DNA of 64,000 nt from Calcarisporiella thermophila CBS 279.70. Taxonomy: Eukaryota > Fungi > Calcarisporiellomycota. The stretch spans positions 29,206 to 93,205 of the forward strand of contig NW_027192212.1 of assembly GCF_041956535.1 (NCBI RefSeq), read 5' to 3'. Of the stretch, positions 48,373 through 60,743 are shown piece after piece (position 1 is the first letter of the stretch; each line of letters starts with the position of its first letter). Under the pieces are notes generated by a model. That model saw only the letters and a program-made list of their open reading frames with translations. It was not told where the DNA came from and did not search any database. Made by a program: the position numbers and the translations under genes.

Positions 48373-51097
48373 TGTTGGATTTTTAAAAAGATTATATTGA
48401 CAAAAAGGAAAGAAAAACAGACAGAAGGGATAACACGAATAACACACACCAAAGGAATTCAAAAGGGAGAAAGCACATCCTATATATATGATAGAATAGG
48501 AGATGATGACTAAANNNNNNNNNNNNNNNNNNNNTGCGAACATTATTAGAGCAATCGCAAGTCCCCAAAGAATTATGGACCGAAGCTGTGCGAACAGCTA
48601 CACTGGTGAAAAATATGTGGCCGTCAAAGCCAATCAATGGGAAATCGCCATATCAACTATGGTACAACAAGAATCCGGATATGGCGCAATTGCGTACCTT
48701 TGGTTGTCGAGCGTATGCGCATATTCCGAAGACCCAACGATCCAAGTTGGATCGCCGTGCGGAAGCTGGAGTCATGGTGGGATACAGTTATCAGTCTAAG
48801 GCTTGGCGGATATTTATACCCGAGTCAAGACGTATAATAGAATCGCGAGATGTACGATTTATTGAGAATGGGTTCCCATATCAATCCCAGCAGAATAAAC
48901 CTCAACCCGATCTGGTGACATTATCTCTGAGCTGTGAGAGCTCTAAGGATGTATCGGGGATAGAGGGGGACGAACAAACCAAAACCGCCCGAAGCCGAAG
49001 ATAAGGGGAAAACGAGTCAACAGGAAGAATCAGCTGAGAATAACTTGCAACTGCGACGATCCACGCGACAACGCAAGACGCCCCAGAACTTGGGACAATT
49101 TACAACTGATGCTTCCGATGAATCTCGTACAATACGAGAAGCACTGCAACGCAGTGATGCCGACCAGTGGCGCAAGGCAGCAGAGCATGAATTACAGTCA
49201 CTCCGCGAACATGATGCGTGGGATCTGGTGCCGCTTCCACCTGGCAAGAAAGCAATTGGATCACGATGGGAGCTGAAAATAAAACGCAATGTGGATGGTA
49301 CTGTCGAGCGTTATCGTGCACGGTTTGTTGCGCAGGCTTCTCTCAAGAAGCAGATATCGACTACCACAGCACCTATGCTTCAGTCGCTCAATATAGTTCT
49401 GTGCATATCATACTAGCAGTAGCGGCCGCGAATAGTTGGCCAATTCATCAAGTCGACGTTTCCACTGCGTATTTAAACGGAACTGTAAAGGAAGAACTAT
49501 ACATACGTCAACCACCCGAATTTGAACAAGGAGATCTCGTATGTCGACTGAAACGAAGCTTATACGGATTGAAGCAAGCGGCGCACGAATGGCAACGAGA
49601 AATAAAACAACGACTGATTTCGATTGGGCTAAACCCGACGAGGGCCGACGAGGGCATTTATGTATTAAAAGAGGGACATGATGTCGTGATTGTTACGCTC
49701 TATGTAGATGACCTTATCATTACAGCAAACACGGAGAAACTTATTGCATGGTTCAAGGGCGAGCTCGAGAAGGCATACAAAATTCGCGATCTGGGTGAAG
49801 TTTCGTTATATTTGGGATTAAATGTGACTTACGATAGCAAAGAGAAATTGCTCCAAATCTCCCAAAGCCATTTCGCACAAGAGATCCTCGAGCGCTACCG
49901 TATGAACTTGGCCAAACCTGCGACAACACCCATGGAACTTAACCAGCAAATCACACCCGCAACGGATGACGATATCATTAATAATGTTCCCTACAGATCT
50001 GCGATCGGCGCCGTGCAATACCTGGCTAACATGACAAGGCCTGATTTATCATATGCGGCAAACCGACTTTCGAGTTTCAACGAGAAACATAACAATGAAC
50101 GTTGGCTTATGGTGAAGAGAATATTGCGGTACATTAAGGGGACAAAAGACCTCAAGCTAACATTCCAGGGAGATTCACTGCGTCTTGTGGGCTATGCGGA
50201 TGCAGATTTTGCAAGCGACAAATACAATAGACGTTCAACGTCAGGGTATGTTTTTAAGCTTGCAGGTGATGNNNNNNNNNNNNNNNNNNNNNNNNNNNNN
50301 NNNNNNNNNNNNNNNNNNNNNNNNNNNNNNNNNNNNNNNNNNNNNNNNNNNNNNNNNNNNNNNNNNNNNNNNNNNNNNNNNNNNNNNNNNNNNNNNNNNN
50401 NNNNNNNNNNNNNNNNNNNNNNNNNNNNNNNNNNNNNNNNNNNNNNNNNNNNNNNNNNNNNNNNNNNNNNNNNNNNNNNNNNNNNNNNNNNNNNNNNNNN
50501 NNNNNNNNNNNNNNNNNNNNNNNNNNNNNNNNNNNNNNNNNNNNNNNNNNNNNNNNNNNNNNNNNNNNNNNNNNNNNNNNNNNNNNNNNNNNNNNNNNNN
50601 NNNNNNNNNNNNNNNNNNNNNNNNNNNNNNNNNNNNNNNNNNNNNNNNNNNNNNNNNNNNNNNNNNNNNNNNNNNNNNNNNNNNNNNNNNNNNNNNNNNN
50701 NNNNNNNNNNNNNNNNNNNNNNNNNNNNNNNNNNNNNNNNNNNNNNNNNNNNNNNNNNNNNNNNNNNNNNNNNNNNNNNNNNNNNNNNNNNNNNNNNNNN
50801 NNNNNNNNNNNNNNNNNNNNNNNNNNNNNNNNNNNNNNNNNNNNNNNNNNNNNNNNNNNNNNNNNNNNNNNNNNNNNNNNNNNNNNNNNNNNNNNNNNNN
50901 NNNNNNNNNNNNNNNNNNNNNNNNNNNNNNNNNNNNNNNNNNNNNNNNNNNNNNNNNNNNNNNNNNNNNNNNNNNNNNNNNNNNNNNNNNNNNNNNNNNN
51001 NNNNNNNNNNNNNNNNNNNNNNNNNNNNNNNNNNNNNNNNNNNNNNNNNNNNNNNNNNNNNNNNNNNNNNNNGATCATGCCTGGTCATTCTCCAACA
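48373..51097 (+). mobile_element. Ty1/copia retrotransposon, both ends present, with assembly gaps
   Basis: TGTTGGA...TCCAACA with perfect TSD ATTAT; integrase tail (LRTFGC..SKLD..ESRDVRF) before RT (DVSTAYLNG, SLYGLKQA, LYVDDL) and RNase H (YADADFA...RSTSG); frameshift near 49335. Confidence 0.95.
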
Positions 51098-51542
51098 ATT
51101 ATGTTGCGCATTCTTCAAAAAGTTGTGACATTTCCTGAGATCAATCAAAAGTCTTGGATATTATCTGGGTAACCCTGGCAATGTAATTCTTTACTATGTG
51201 TATTTTAATCGAGTTTCTACTGTGATAAAAAATTTACCTCATTTCAAAAAGTAAAATGAACTATGATGAGAATGATGGTTAAGAAAAGTCAACTAACCAC
51301 TTGAAAACTTTGTGAACCTATCAAGATAACAAGCCTTAGGTTCAAATTAACCGGCTTTTATTTCATATTCTCATAATAACCAACTAACCTAATGAATTCC
51401 CCGTTAATGGTCCTTACAGATAAACCTGCCCTCGTACGGAGTTCAAAGTATAACTTATAGGTGCTTTCATATTAATTTCATTCACATCGGAGAGAAAAGT
51501 CTTATCGTAATTATTTAGGTTACAGATCTCGTACACAAAAAT

Positions 51543-52589
51543 ATGGCGTATATTAAGAGATTTGCTTCATCTTTGAGAGGACTCGTTCATAATCAAAATA
51601 GCTCCACAAATGATCCTTCTCGAATGATTTCTCCGGCTTCATTTCCAAATCGTTCAACGTCAAATGAACGAATCAGAATACATGCTTGGGTATATTACGG
51701 TGCTCCTGCTCTTACCGCTTCCGCAGATTACAAAGCTAATAAGATCGATGTCCTTCGAGTGCAATATTTTAAACTACTTGACGATGGAATTCTCGAAAGA
51801 ATAGATGAAGATTCAGATGATTTATACGCGACGCAGAATGGCTTTTCTGAGAGTAACATTCAGGACATAAGTGAGCATTCAGCTGAACAACTGGTTACTG
51901 TATCAGGTTCGATAGATAGTATGAGGTCACTCTTCGCTTGTGGCTCAAAAAAGTATAATGCAATTAATACGCTTGTAAAATTTGTCACAACTTACGAGCT
52001 TACGGGTATTGATATCGATTTCGAAACTTTTGGACGCTGGACTTTAGAGGACTATGATAATTACAAGGCTTTTGTCACTAGTCTGGGTATTAGGCTCAGA
52101 AATGCGAAAAAAAAGCTTGCAATATGCGGTCCTATGTGGACGTCAAAAGAATCCCCGTTGATATGGAATTACCCCGATTTCGTCAAGCTACCTGTTGATT
52201 ATATAACTCCTATGCTCTATGATTATCAATGTGACTATGGCGGTGGTTCACCCATCTGCCCTTTGTCATGGCTGAAAGAGTGGACATTAAATATGCTTGA
52301 GATATTCCCCGTAGAGCGACTCGTTATAGGACTACCTTCATATGGATACACGGCAACCCTGGACAAATATGACATTCAAAATCTCACATTAGAACAAATT
52401 AAAGAAGCTGGTGGGTATAATGGTGGGAAAAGAGATAAAGAATCTGCTGAGGTCATAAAAATCACAGCTAATGGCCAAGTATTCGTATCTAACGATAAGA
52501 TTTCGCTTAATACAAAATTACAGCTTGTACAAAGTCTAGGGATCAAACAAGTCTCTATATGGCACCTTGGAGGAAATGATTGGTTTTAG
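51543..52589 (+). CDS. GH18 glycoside hydrolase (chitinase-like), intronless, no signal peptide
   Basis: GIDIDFE catalytic DxDxE, PMLYD, IGLPSYGY, SIWHLG. Confidence 0.9.
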   Translation: MAYIKRFASSLRGLVHNQNSSTNDPSRMISPASFPNRSTSNERIRIHAWVYYGAPALTASADYKANKIDVLRVQYFKLLDDGILERIDEDSDDLYATQNGFSESNIQDISEHSAEQLVTVSGSIDSMRSLFACGSKKYNAINTLVKFVTTYELTGIDIDFETFGRWTLEDYDNYKAFVTSLGIRLRNAKKKLAICGPMWTSKESPLIWNYPDFVKLPVDYITPMLYDYQCDYGGGSPICPLSWLKEWTLNMLEIFPVERLVIGLPSYGYTATLDKYDIQNLTLEQIKEAGGYNGGKRDKESAEVIKITANGQVFVSNDKISLNTKLQLVQSLGIKQVSIWHLGGNDWF

Positions 52590-53026
52590 TTATACATAAA
52601 TACATAAATACATAATGATATATAAAATTTATATGTTACCAAGATTCCTCTGGTAGGATAACAACTCAATTTGGATGTAATTGCTTAACTTCATAAAAAC
52701 ATGGGAGATCCATAGGATAATACTTGTGAATCTTTTGAAGATAAAAGAGTTAGAGACTTTTAACCATATCAAATATTACATTGTTTTCCGTGAAAAAAAA
52801 AAAGATATCAATGGCCTATTGATCTCAAGCACTGCAATAAGTATTTTAGCCATTGTTTTTTATATATAATGCACATTTTAATTTCATTTGACATTTCGGA
52901 TACCGAAAACTTAGACTGCCATAATAATCCTTGAGTAGATATATTTAAATTAGAATCAAAGGAAAATACAGACTAAGGTGTGGGTGTGAATAAATTTACA
53001 AAATATATTAATATTAAATTAAATGA

Positions 53027-54281
53027 TTAATGGATTTTAATATCTATTCTCAATGGCCTGTTCAAAGTAACGTTAAGATTAAACTGATCAATGAACTTGA
53101 ATAATTTGTTTTCTTGTTCTCTGACTTGTGTAATATTGCCTCCCATCATCAAGATCCAAGAATCAGGTTGCCTTTTAAGCTTTGGAATAATAGCGGGCTT
53201 TGGGCGTGGTGGTTTCGATTTATTCTGTGTCGCACCTTCGTCATCGATAATACTCTGAGAGGTCATAGTGGTTTCAGGATAGTCTTGGTAAACATAACAC
53301 AGATTGTCGCTAGTTGTAGGCATAACCGAAGCGACTTGAATATTGAATGGCTTTAGATAGTCAGATATATACACACGACTCCCATCCTTATTTGTTCCTC
53401 CATACTGGTACACATAGAGAGGATCACGTTTTTGCCAGTCTGCCCAGATTTTATCGATATATGCGTGATGCATATAGAAAATTGGACTGCAAGAAAGCAA
53501 ATATTAATTTAGATCAATCTCAAAAATACTACAAGTTGATAATACACCTACTCATTAGGGCCTGCCATTGTAGCCATATCACCGCCAACTCCATTATGAA
53601 TCCCAGCGTGGGGGTTGCCTTCAATTGCCGGATGAAAATCCTGATACCTGTTATTGCTATAGACGATATGTTGGATGGTGGTAGGGTCCGCAACATATCC
53701 TTTCAAGTTTTCAAGGGAGCGCTGGAGACAGTGCGGAGATGTCTGATCGTAGTCCTTATAGGTGACTTGCCAATTGGCAAATGGGCCAGTACTAACACAA
53801 CTACCACTACCGCCGCACCAGTCGTTTGAGAATACAGGACTTGAAATGGGATTAAGATAGTCTTCACTCCAATTCTGTATCGATAATTCGTTATTGTTCG
53901 TACTTAAACAATTAATCTAGAATATCTACTTACCCAATATGGTATCACAACATTAGGGTTTATACTCTGCAACGCTTTTTCATATTCACGGAGGTAAGCG
54001 CGATGCCATGGGAGAAACTGGGGTTGATAATGAGCATATGCCGTAGCTTCCTGGTGCCATTTAGTCAGTAAATCATAACGACTTGGTCTGACGCCTTGAT
54101 TAAGTTGTTTCACCGCATTGATGAAATCAATACGCTCTTGTGTTGTGAATTGACGGATCTCTTTGCGTACAGCAATAGTGGCACAACTACCTTCAGCATA
54201 AGGAACGGAGGAGAGTAACGGGATAAATGCAAAGATATAAAAAATAAAGAGGTTTCGGGAGAAAATAGCTCCGAGCTTCAT
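53027..54281 (-). CDS. Secreted tyrosinase (type-3 copper protein)
   Basis: Signal peptide, VRKEIR, CuA H...AH..FLPWHR, CuB PHAGIH...NDPIFYMHHAYID; introns 53933-53875 and about 53552-53488. Confidence 0.95.
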
Positions 54282-56972
54282 TCTATTAGCAGGATGTAGT
54301 GAGAGGAATGGGAGAGTGATAAGGTTGTTTTTTTATTGATATATCTTTGGGATTTATTCCCTGAGCTCTAAAGCGAAATGTTATACATTATATACTCTAG
54401 CGTTGATTTGGCAAATGAAACCGGGTGAATTGGCCAGGTACAACTGCCATTTATTATTATATAGCTAATTTTCGTGGGAAGCCCAGAATTAGGCTAATTA
54501 AAACTGAATCGTTACCAGTAAATCGAATTTTGAATTTGGTTCATATGGAACACCACTGCTAAGGTAACATGGTCTAAGCAAGAGAATTCGCCATAGGAAA
54601 CCTAACGGGTAAGAAAATCACTATAATTATATTTTTATGTCCGCTGGCAGCATTCTACGTTAACCTGCCTTTTTGAAATATGAAAACTGATATATTCTAA
54701 TGATTGCGAGAAACCCAACCAGATTGTGAATCTGCAAATGTGGAGAAATCATGGAGGCGTAGCTAACGATATTAATCTTCTATGCTAGTAATAATTTAAT
54801 TTTAAAATGTTGTATACGGACTATTAAATTGCAAAAAAAAAAATACTTGTAGTTTAATATCTAGATTTTTTTTATTATTAGAGTCAGTGGATGGTTTCTC
54901 TAAGTTAGGTCAATATTCCGTCTCCTGGTGTATTAATAATATATTCTGATTACAAACATTTAATTACCTGGGAATATCCTAGATATCAATTTATGCATTA
55001 AGGCACCATTAATTTTAAAAATTCCCTTTGTTTAGGAAATGCCTCAAACTTAACCATTTGCCAAAATAGCTCAAAATAGATATCTTTCCGCTCACAAAAT
55101 ACCTTGGCACGAGGAGTTTACCTGGTTCGAAATGAGTTGCATGATGATTCCTGGGTTAATGATATTGGCTTTATTAACGAGAAATATTCGGCTGGCAAAA
55201 TGATAAAGATTTATATAAATTTTAGAATCATTTTAGAAGATATTATAACTTTACAACTTTCTTTTAGATGAAATATTATATATAGCTTGTTTTTATTTCT
55301 ACGACAATATCCTGGGTTAAATTGGTGAAAAAGAAAGTAACAGTTGAAATGACCTTGGTGTTATTGAAAATATTAGGCAAAGAGCACCTTAATAAAAGGT
55401 CAACGTTAGCCAATTCATTAGTAATGCAAGCCTACGTATCCCAGGTTTTACACAAAGAAATGTTAGAGCAGGATATCCTAGTGTGATTTGACAACATTGA
55501 CAATCAACTCCCTGGTTCCCTTTCCGAGGAATCACATTAGAACCGATACCTTTATATAGTCTTATTTTGTTATCCCAGGCTAAAAACGTTTTTATTTTCT
55601 ATTTACTCTGTAATTATTTTATTTTTTAATAAAACGGCCTCATCATCATGAAATAAGGACCACTGATTGAATATCTCATTTATTCTAAGCTGCATAACCA
55701 GTGGTGGTGAGTGTCCTTAAGGCTTTTTAGTGGGCTAAGATGAGGGGATATTCGAAGTAGATACTGTGCGCGAGTCATACAATAAGATAATGCTGAACAT
55801 CGATACGGTATTTACTTGAGCATATATTGTCTTAATTGAATTACTTTAGCTCGCATATATACAATGGCCCTGTACTTGGTCTGCCGTGCAATCTCAGTGG
55901 AATTCCGAGACGAGGGCGGCAATGAGGAAAGCTTGAGGATGGAGATAGTTCCATCTTCAGTATCGACTATGAATGAATAACTAAGAGAGCGTCGCGTGAT
56001 AAGACAACTGTGGACAATGTAGATACACGAACAATGCGAAGATTGACACGCACGTGTGGATATGAAGAGGTTAGCGCTGGAGATGTCGATATGATATCCG
56101 AAGAGAACGCGACAGAGCCTGCGGAAGGACGGTCGGTCGAGGAGGAACGTCCTCCAGGTCGCTCGCTGCAGCGAACTGGACGCTAGTATACTACACAATG
56201 TGTAAATAGGGATTATTACCCTACCTAATAGCATGCAATGAGATGGCTCCTTTTTTGTTTAGCTGCCTAACATATTGACGACTATACCACGTGAAGTAAA
56301 CATCCCATTGCGATATTGACTAATGATAGGCGGGGGTAAACGTGTTTTCTCAGCGTCACCTTTCTAACATCTACATAATGGCACTTGTGCGACGCGACAA
56401 GCAGGGAAAATGTGTAGCTGATGATGTTCGTGTACCATGACGTCTTCTGAAGAGTATGCCAAACCGTCGTCGTAAGCAAAGTCAACCGATAGTCGCCAAG
56501 AGTGTCAGCGCTACACAAGCAATTGCTTCAGCGCAAGTGGGTGTACAAATGCCGCACACTCATGTGTCACAGTCATACACAATCAAGGTGCCATTCAACT
56601 ATTGTAGAAGCGTTGTTGCGATTGGTTATAAAATCATCAGCTTTGCTAGACAAATGAAGCTCATGCTGAGACGCAGCTTTGTATTACAGCCAAGTCCGAT
56701 GAAAGAGGTGTCCGTGGACGTTTCACGGCGACATGGTAAAATTCATTTTTTCTATGAATTCTTACTGTGGCAATCCGAGCGACCATTGAGATTTTCTGGA
56801 ATATTGGAAGCTTTGCCGCAGCATCGGCGGTTGTACCGTATCATTCACTAAATGGGTTTGCACTCAGCTGACATTCTGAGAGAAGTATAAATGGGCTTGA
56901 AAATTCCCTGGTAAGTCGAAAATCATCAGTAAAGTTAATTTCTGCACTAATCAACACCTTTCTGACATTAAT

Positions 56973-57398
56973 ATGACGGCCGACTTCGATTCTACTCCAA
57001 AAATCGTTTTTGGCATATTTGGAGCTTTCTTCGGTATTATACTCCTTTCGATACTTGTCAGCTCTTGTCGATCAAAATCTCAGATCGTGACTAAGCCACA
57101 CGCTCCAGTAATAGTACGAGTGGGTTCTGTATACCATATTACTATCCCTGAGTCCGCACATACCTCTCACGACTCGCATCACAATACCGTTTGGTGTACC
57201 AGTCCTACGCCCGCGGCAGATTGCTATGGCACATCGATACATGATCACTACACCCCATCCAATGATACATGTGTGTCGATTTCCTATGATACATCGACAA
57301 CCACTTACTGCGATAACTCTACGCCATCGTCCAACGATACGCCATCTCCATCTTCCAGTGATACGTCGCCTCCTTCGTCCAGTGACACTTCGTACTAA
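56973..57398 (+). CDS. Small single-pass membrane protein with S/T/P/D-rich repetitive tail
   Basis: N-terminal TM segment IVFGIFGAFFGIILLSILV; tail repeats DTPSPSSS and DTSPPSSS; TATA-like gtataaa about 85 bp upstream. Confidence 0.6.
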   Translation: MTADFDSTPKIVFGIFGAFFGIILLSILVSSCRSKSQIVTKPHAPVIVRVGSVYHITIPESAHTSHDSHHNTVWCTSPTPAADCYGTSIHDHYTPSNDTCVSISYDTSTTTYCDNSTPSSNDTPSPSSSDTSPPSSSDTSY

Positions 57399-58488
57399 GT
57401 TTCGAATGATTAGCATGCCGCTTCCAAGCTCCCTTAGACATGAACTAGATTGCCGTAGTCATTCCATACCCAAATTTGAAGTTTTCTTGTGTAATTATGT
57501 TGTAGATAAACGCGATAGTTGTATTGCGATACTTTTTCCTTGCTTGGATGTAGTATGGAATGTTTCCTGATTCTAATTTGTGAATATCTGTTGTGTATAA
57601 CAATAATGCTAAATTTCATAAAGTGTCCATACTCCACTCTCTTCCATTTCAATTGGGAACGAATTCACATCATTATTGAGCTCTTCTAATTCAATTCGAT
57701 ATTCCTATGATCTATCCGACTGATATGATCCTATGTAGCAATAATAAATTATATTACAGCATTTTCCAAACACATTATACTTTCCAACCTAGTAAAATAT
57801 TCACTTTTACAATGAAGCAATATGCTATGGCATAAAGGGAAAGGCAACTAGGCAGGCGATGTCATGACGTTAATTTCGTCAAGATGTTACTAACCAAAAA
57901 TTAACCAACGATAGTGATACTAAATTAATTTGTATAGCATTATTGTAAGGTTTGATTTTTTTTTACATTTACAGTTTGATTTCAGGTCCTTACTTTTCTT
58001 TTTGTATGTTATTTTTATTATATTATTATAGGTAAGGATCAGATATAAATCATTTTTCTTTAGCAAATATTTACTAATAAACATTCCTATTTTTTTTGTT
58101 ATTTTTATTATTATTTCTATTACATAATTAAAAGTGTCAAAAAGTAGAAATTTCCTTTGTAACAGACTGAGCACAAAGCCTGGCAATTCAGCCGTGGGAA
58201 AGAGCGGAAAAGAACTAGGGAAATTTCCCATAATTGGAATGCACTAATAATACAATCCTAGCATGCGTGATTAACAGTAAAATAAAGTCAAGTTGTTCAA
58301 AAGACAGGCTTGGGAAGATTAAACCTCAAATAGATTAACATGTTACATGTGCAAAATCTCCCAAATTCATTGGATTCTAGCATCGTTCTGCACGGGAAAT
58401 GTGTACTAGGCGACGGTTTACAATTCACTAAGTTTTCCGTTATTCACGGATAGATTAAATATCTATTCTTGTTTTTCTGGGTCATTAA

Positions 58489-58760
58489 TGTTGTATTTTT
58501 AATAAGATTATATTGACAAAAGGAAAGAAGACAGATAGAAGGGATAATACAAATAACACACACCAAGGAACTCAAGATAGAAAGCACATACTATATATAT
58601 ATATCTGATTGGTTAGGGTAGGAGATAAAAAGGGATAAAGATGGTGAGACGCATGCTCGTACATGTAAGGCGCGTGCTTGTACAAGTGTGCTTTTAACTG
58701 ACATAGCACAAATATTATCTGGAATATATCAGACTACCAGTCACGCCTGGTCGTCCTCCA
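58489..58760 (+). mobile_element. Solo LTR of the copia family
   Basis: Matches the 48373 LTR (gattatattgacaaaaggaaag..., gcctggtcgtcctcca); perfect TSD ATTAA. Confidence 0.88.
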
Positions 58761-58979
58761 ATTAATCCAATTGTATCTATTGTGTAATTGTTTCTTTAAT
58801 AATTATTCTGATAGGTTTACACAACGTCCTTCATTTCAAATGGTAGAACCGTCCTTCGTCATTAATGCATCATCGACCCGTGCTTTCGAATATTTAAAGG
58901 TCGTTCTTTCTGCATTTGTCGTCCCATACTTGTCCTTTATTCGCTTCGTGAATTCTTACTTCATCAATTGCTTGAAACA

Positions 58980-59294
58980 ATGAAGGTTCTAATTCTTCTC
59001 GCTAGCGCCATTGCCGGCGCCATGGCCTCAACCCTTGAAATTTACAACAAGCCGAATTTCCAGGGTGGTTTACGCTTCACCCTACGATCGTGCAAGTGCG
59101 AAACGATTGACTCTGGCTACGTCGGCTCTTGGCGCGTGGGTGCCGGCGGACGAGGAGAGCGCTTCTGCTTCTGGAAAACGAATGACTGCCAGGCCCACGG
59201 TTTGCCTAAATGGTGCGCAACCCTTCCAGCTGGACGCGAAGACAAAAACCCTGGAGACAAGCACTGGAAATCCGTGTCCAAGGGTGGTTGCTAA
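58980..59294 (+). CDS. Small secreted beta/gamma-crystallin-like protein (104 aa, 6 Cys)
   Basis: ATG at 58980, signal peptide, LEIYNKPNFQG Greek-key motif, VGSW, FCFWKTNDC, WKSV. Confidence 0.82.
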   Translation: MKVLILLASAIAGAMASTLEIYNKPNFQGGLRFTLRSCKCETIDSGYVGSWRVGAGGRGERFCFWKTNDCQAHGLPKWCATLPAGREDKNPGDKHWKSVSKGGC

Positions 59295-60049
59295 TGCTCT
59301 AGCTTGTTTAAAGGCCTTGTTATCGTTAGGTTACATAGTTTAATTGTCTCTGTTATGAAGCTGCCCTTTATGGCAGGATCGTATTGTGTTGACCCTGACG
59401 ATTAAATATATTGGCTCTCAATTTCTGTAGTAGCGTTATCTACTGTTCTTTATAGTCGAAATCAATAATATGACACCTTTTTTGAAATGTCCATGGCCAT
59501 GCACGGTGAACTTGAAAATCCTTCCACTACGGTAGTGGCATTAAAGATTAATAACGCTGATTAATCATCCTCATCCCATGTAAAGGCTACTCAAAAGATT
59601 GACACTTTGTTGTTCTTTAATGAGGTATTTATTTTAGTATGAAATTTTGGGCTGAAAATTGAAGCCTACATTAAAAATGTCAATGACTCTATGTAACAAA
59701 CACTGGATAAAAGGTTTGAATTCGGTTCCGAGAAATTGTTGCAGAGTTGCTCCTTACAATCCGAACAGTTGCCTGCGATTGTCAGCGTCAGATGACAGAC
59801 TGTCCAATGCAACATTGTTCAAGAAAGAGTAACTTTGTTGGACGACGGTAACAATATTATTATCGTATCGCCCTACATAGCGCTGGTGATGAACGGATCG
59901 GATAACAAATTCAAGTAATATACTTGAAGACTACATATCACGAATAAAGACGACCAAATACTACGTGATATATTATTCTAAGGATGGGTAAGGTAATCGT
60001 AATAATAACGTCCTAATCAACCTACTCCACCACGTTAGGTCAAGCCGTT

Positions 60050-60743
60050 TCTTATGCAGCTCTCGACTACCGAGCTGAAGAACAGCCTTGTCGCCTTGAA
60101 GAACTCCCACAACTGCTACTACAAGGCTCAAAAAGAACAACATGTCGAGTGATCGAGCACCTGGTGCAGATGATGACGGCTTCGGCACCGTGACTCTCTT
60201 CGAAAACCTGCGGGCCTTAGCTGCCAACGAATTTGTGCCCAAGCGTACCGTCGAGTTCCAGTTCTACATGGCTGAGGATGCCGGTCTTCTAGGATCGCAA
60301 GAAATCACCAGCAACTACAAGCGCAATAATATCAATGTCGTGACCATGTTACAGCTCAACATGGCCGGTAGGATGCCGAATGGTACAAGCTACTTGGATG
60401 CGTGATACGCTTCAAATCCACATCGCTAACTTGACCGTATCGGATCGATGTTATTACCGATTATACGGACAAGAACCTTGCGGTCTTTATGCGCAAAATC
60501 ATTTTAACGTACACGCATTTGCCATAGGGAATTATCCGGTGCGGCTACGCCTGCTCGGACCACGCTTCCTTCAACAAATACGTCTTTCCCAGTGCAAAGG
60601 CCTTCGAAGCCATCACAGGTGGCGCCGATAATCCATACATACACACTTTCAAGGATATCATTGAAAACGGCATTGGCTTAAATCCTGTCCTCGAGTTTGC
60701 CAAACATAGTCTTGCCTACTTGCATGAAACTTCCAATGCCTAA
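60050..60743 (+). pseudogene. M28 leucine aminopeptidase pseudogene (5'-deleted)
   Basis: RAPGADDDGFG, FYMAEDAGLLGSQ, LQLNMAG, CGYACSDHASF, NPYIHT; metal/catalytic motifs altered (EE to ED, D to N) and an in-frame stop near 60525. Confidence 0.85.

Noticed and set aside
50185-51148. Long ORFs across the N run
   Set aside because: Artefacts of the assembly gap
55812-56851. ORFs 55812-56234 and 56456-56851
   Set aside because: No domain, signal or consistent exon structure; probably TE debris or noncoding DNA
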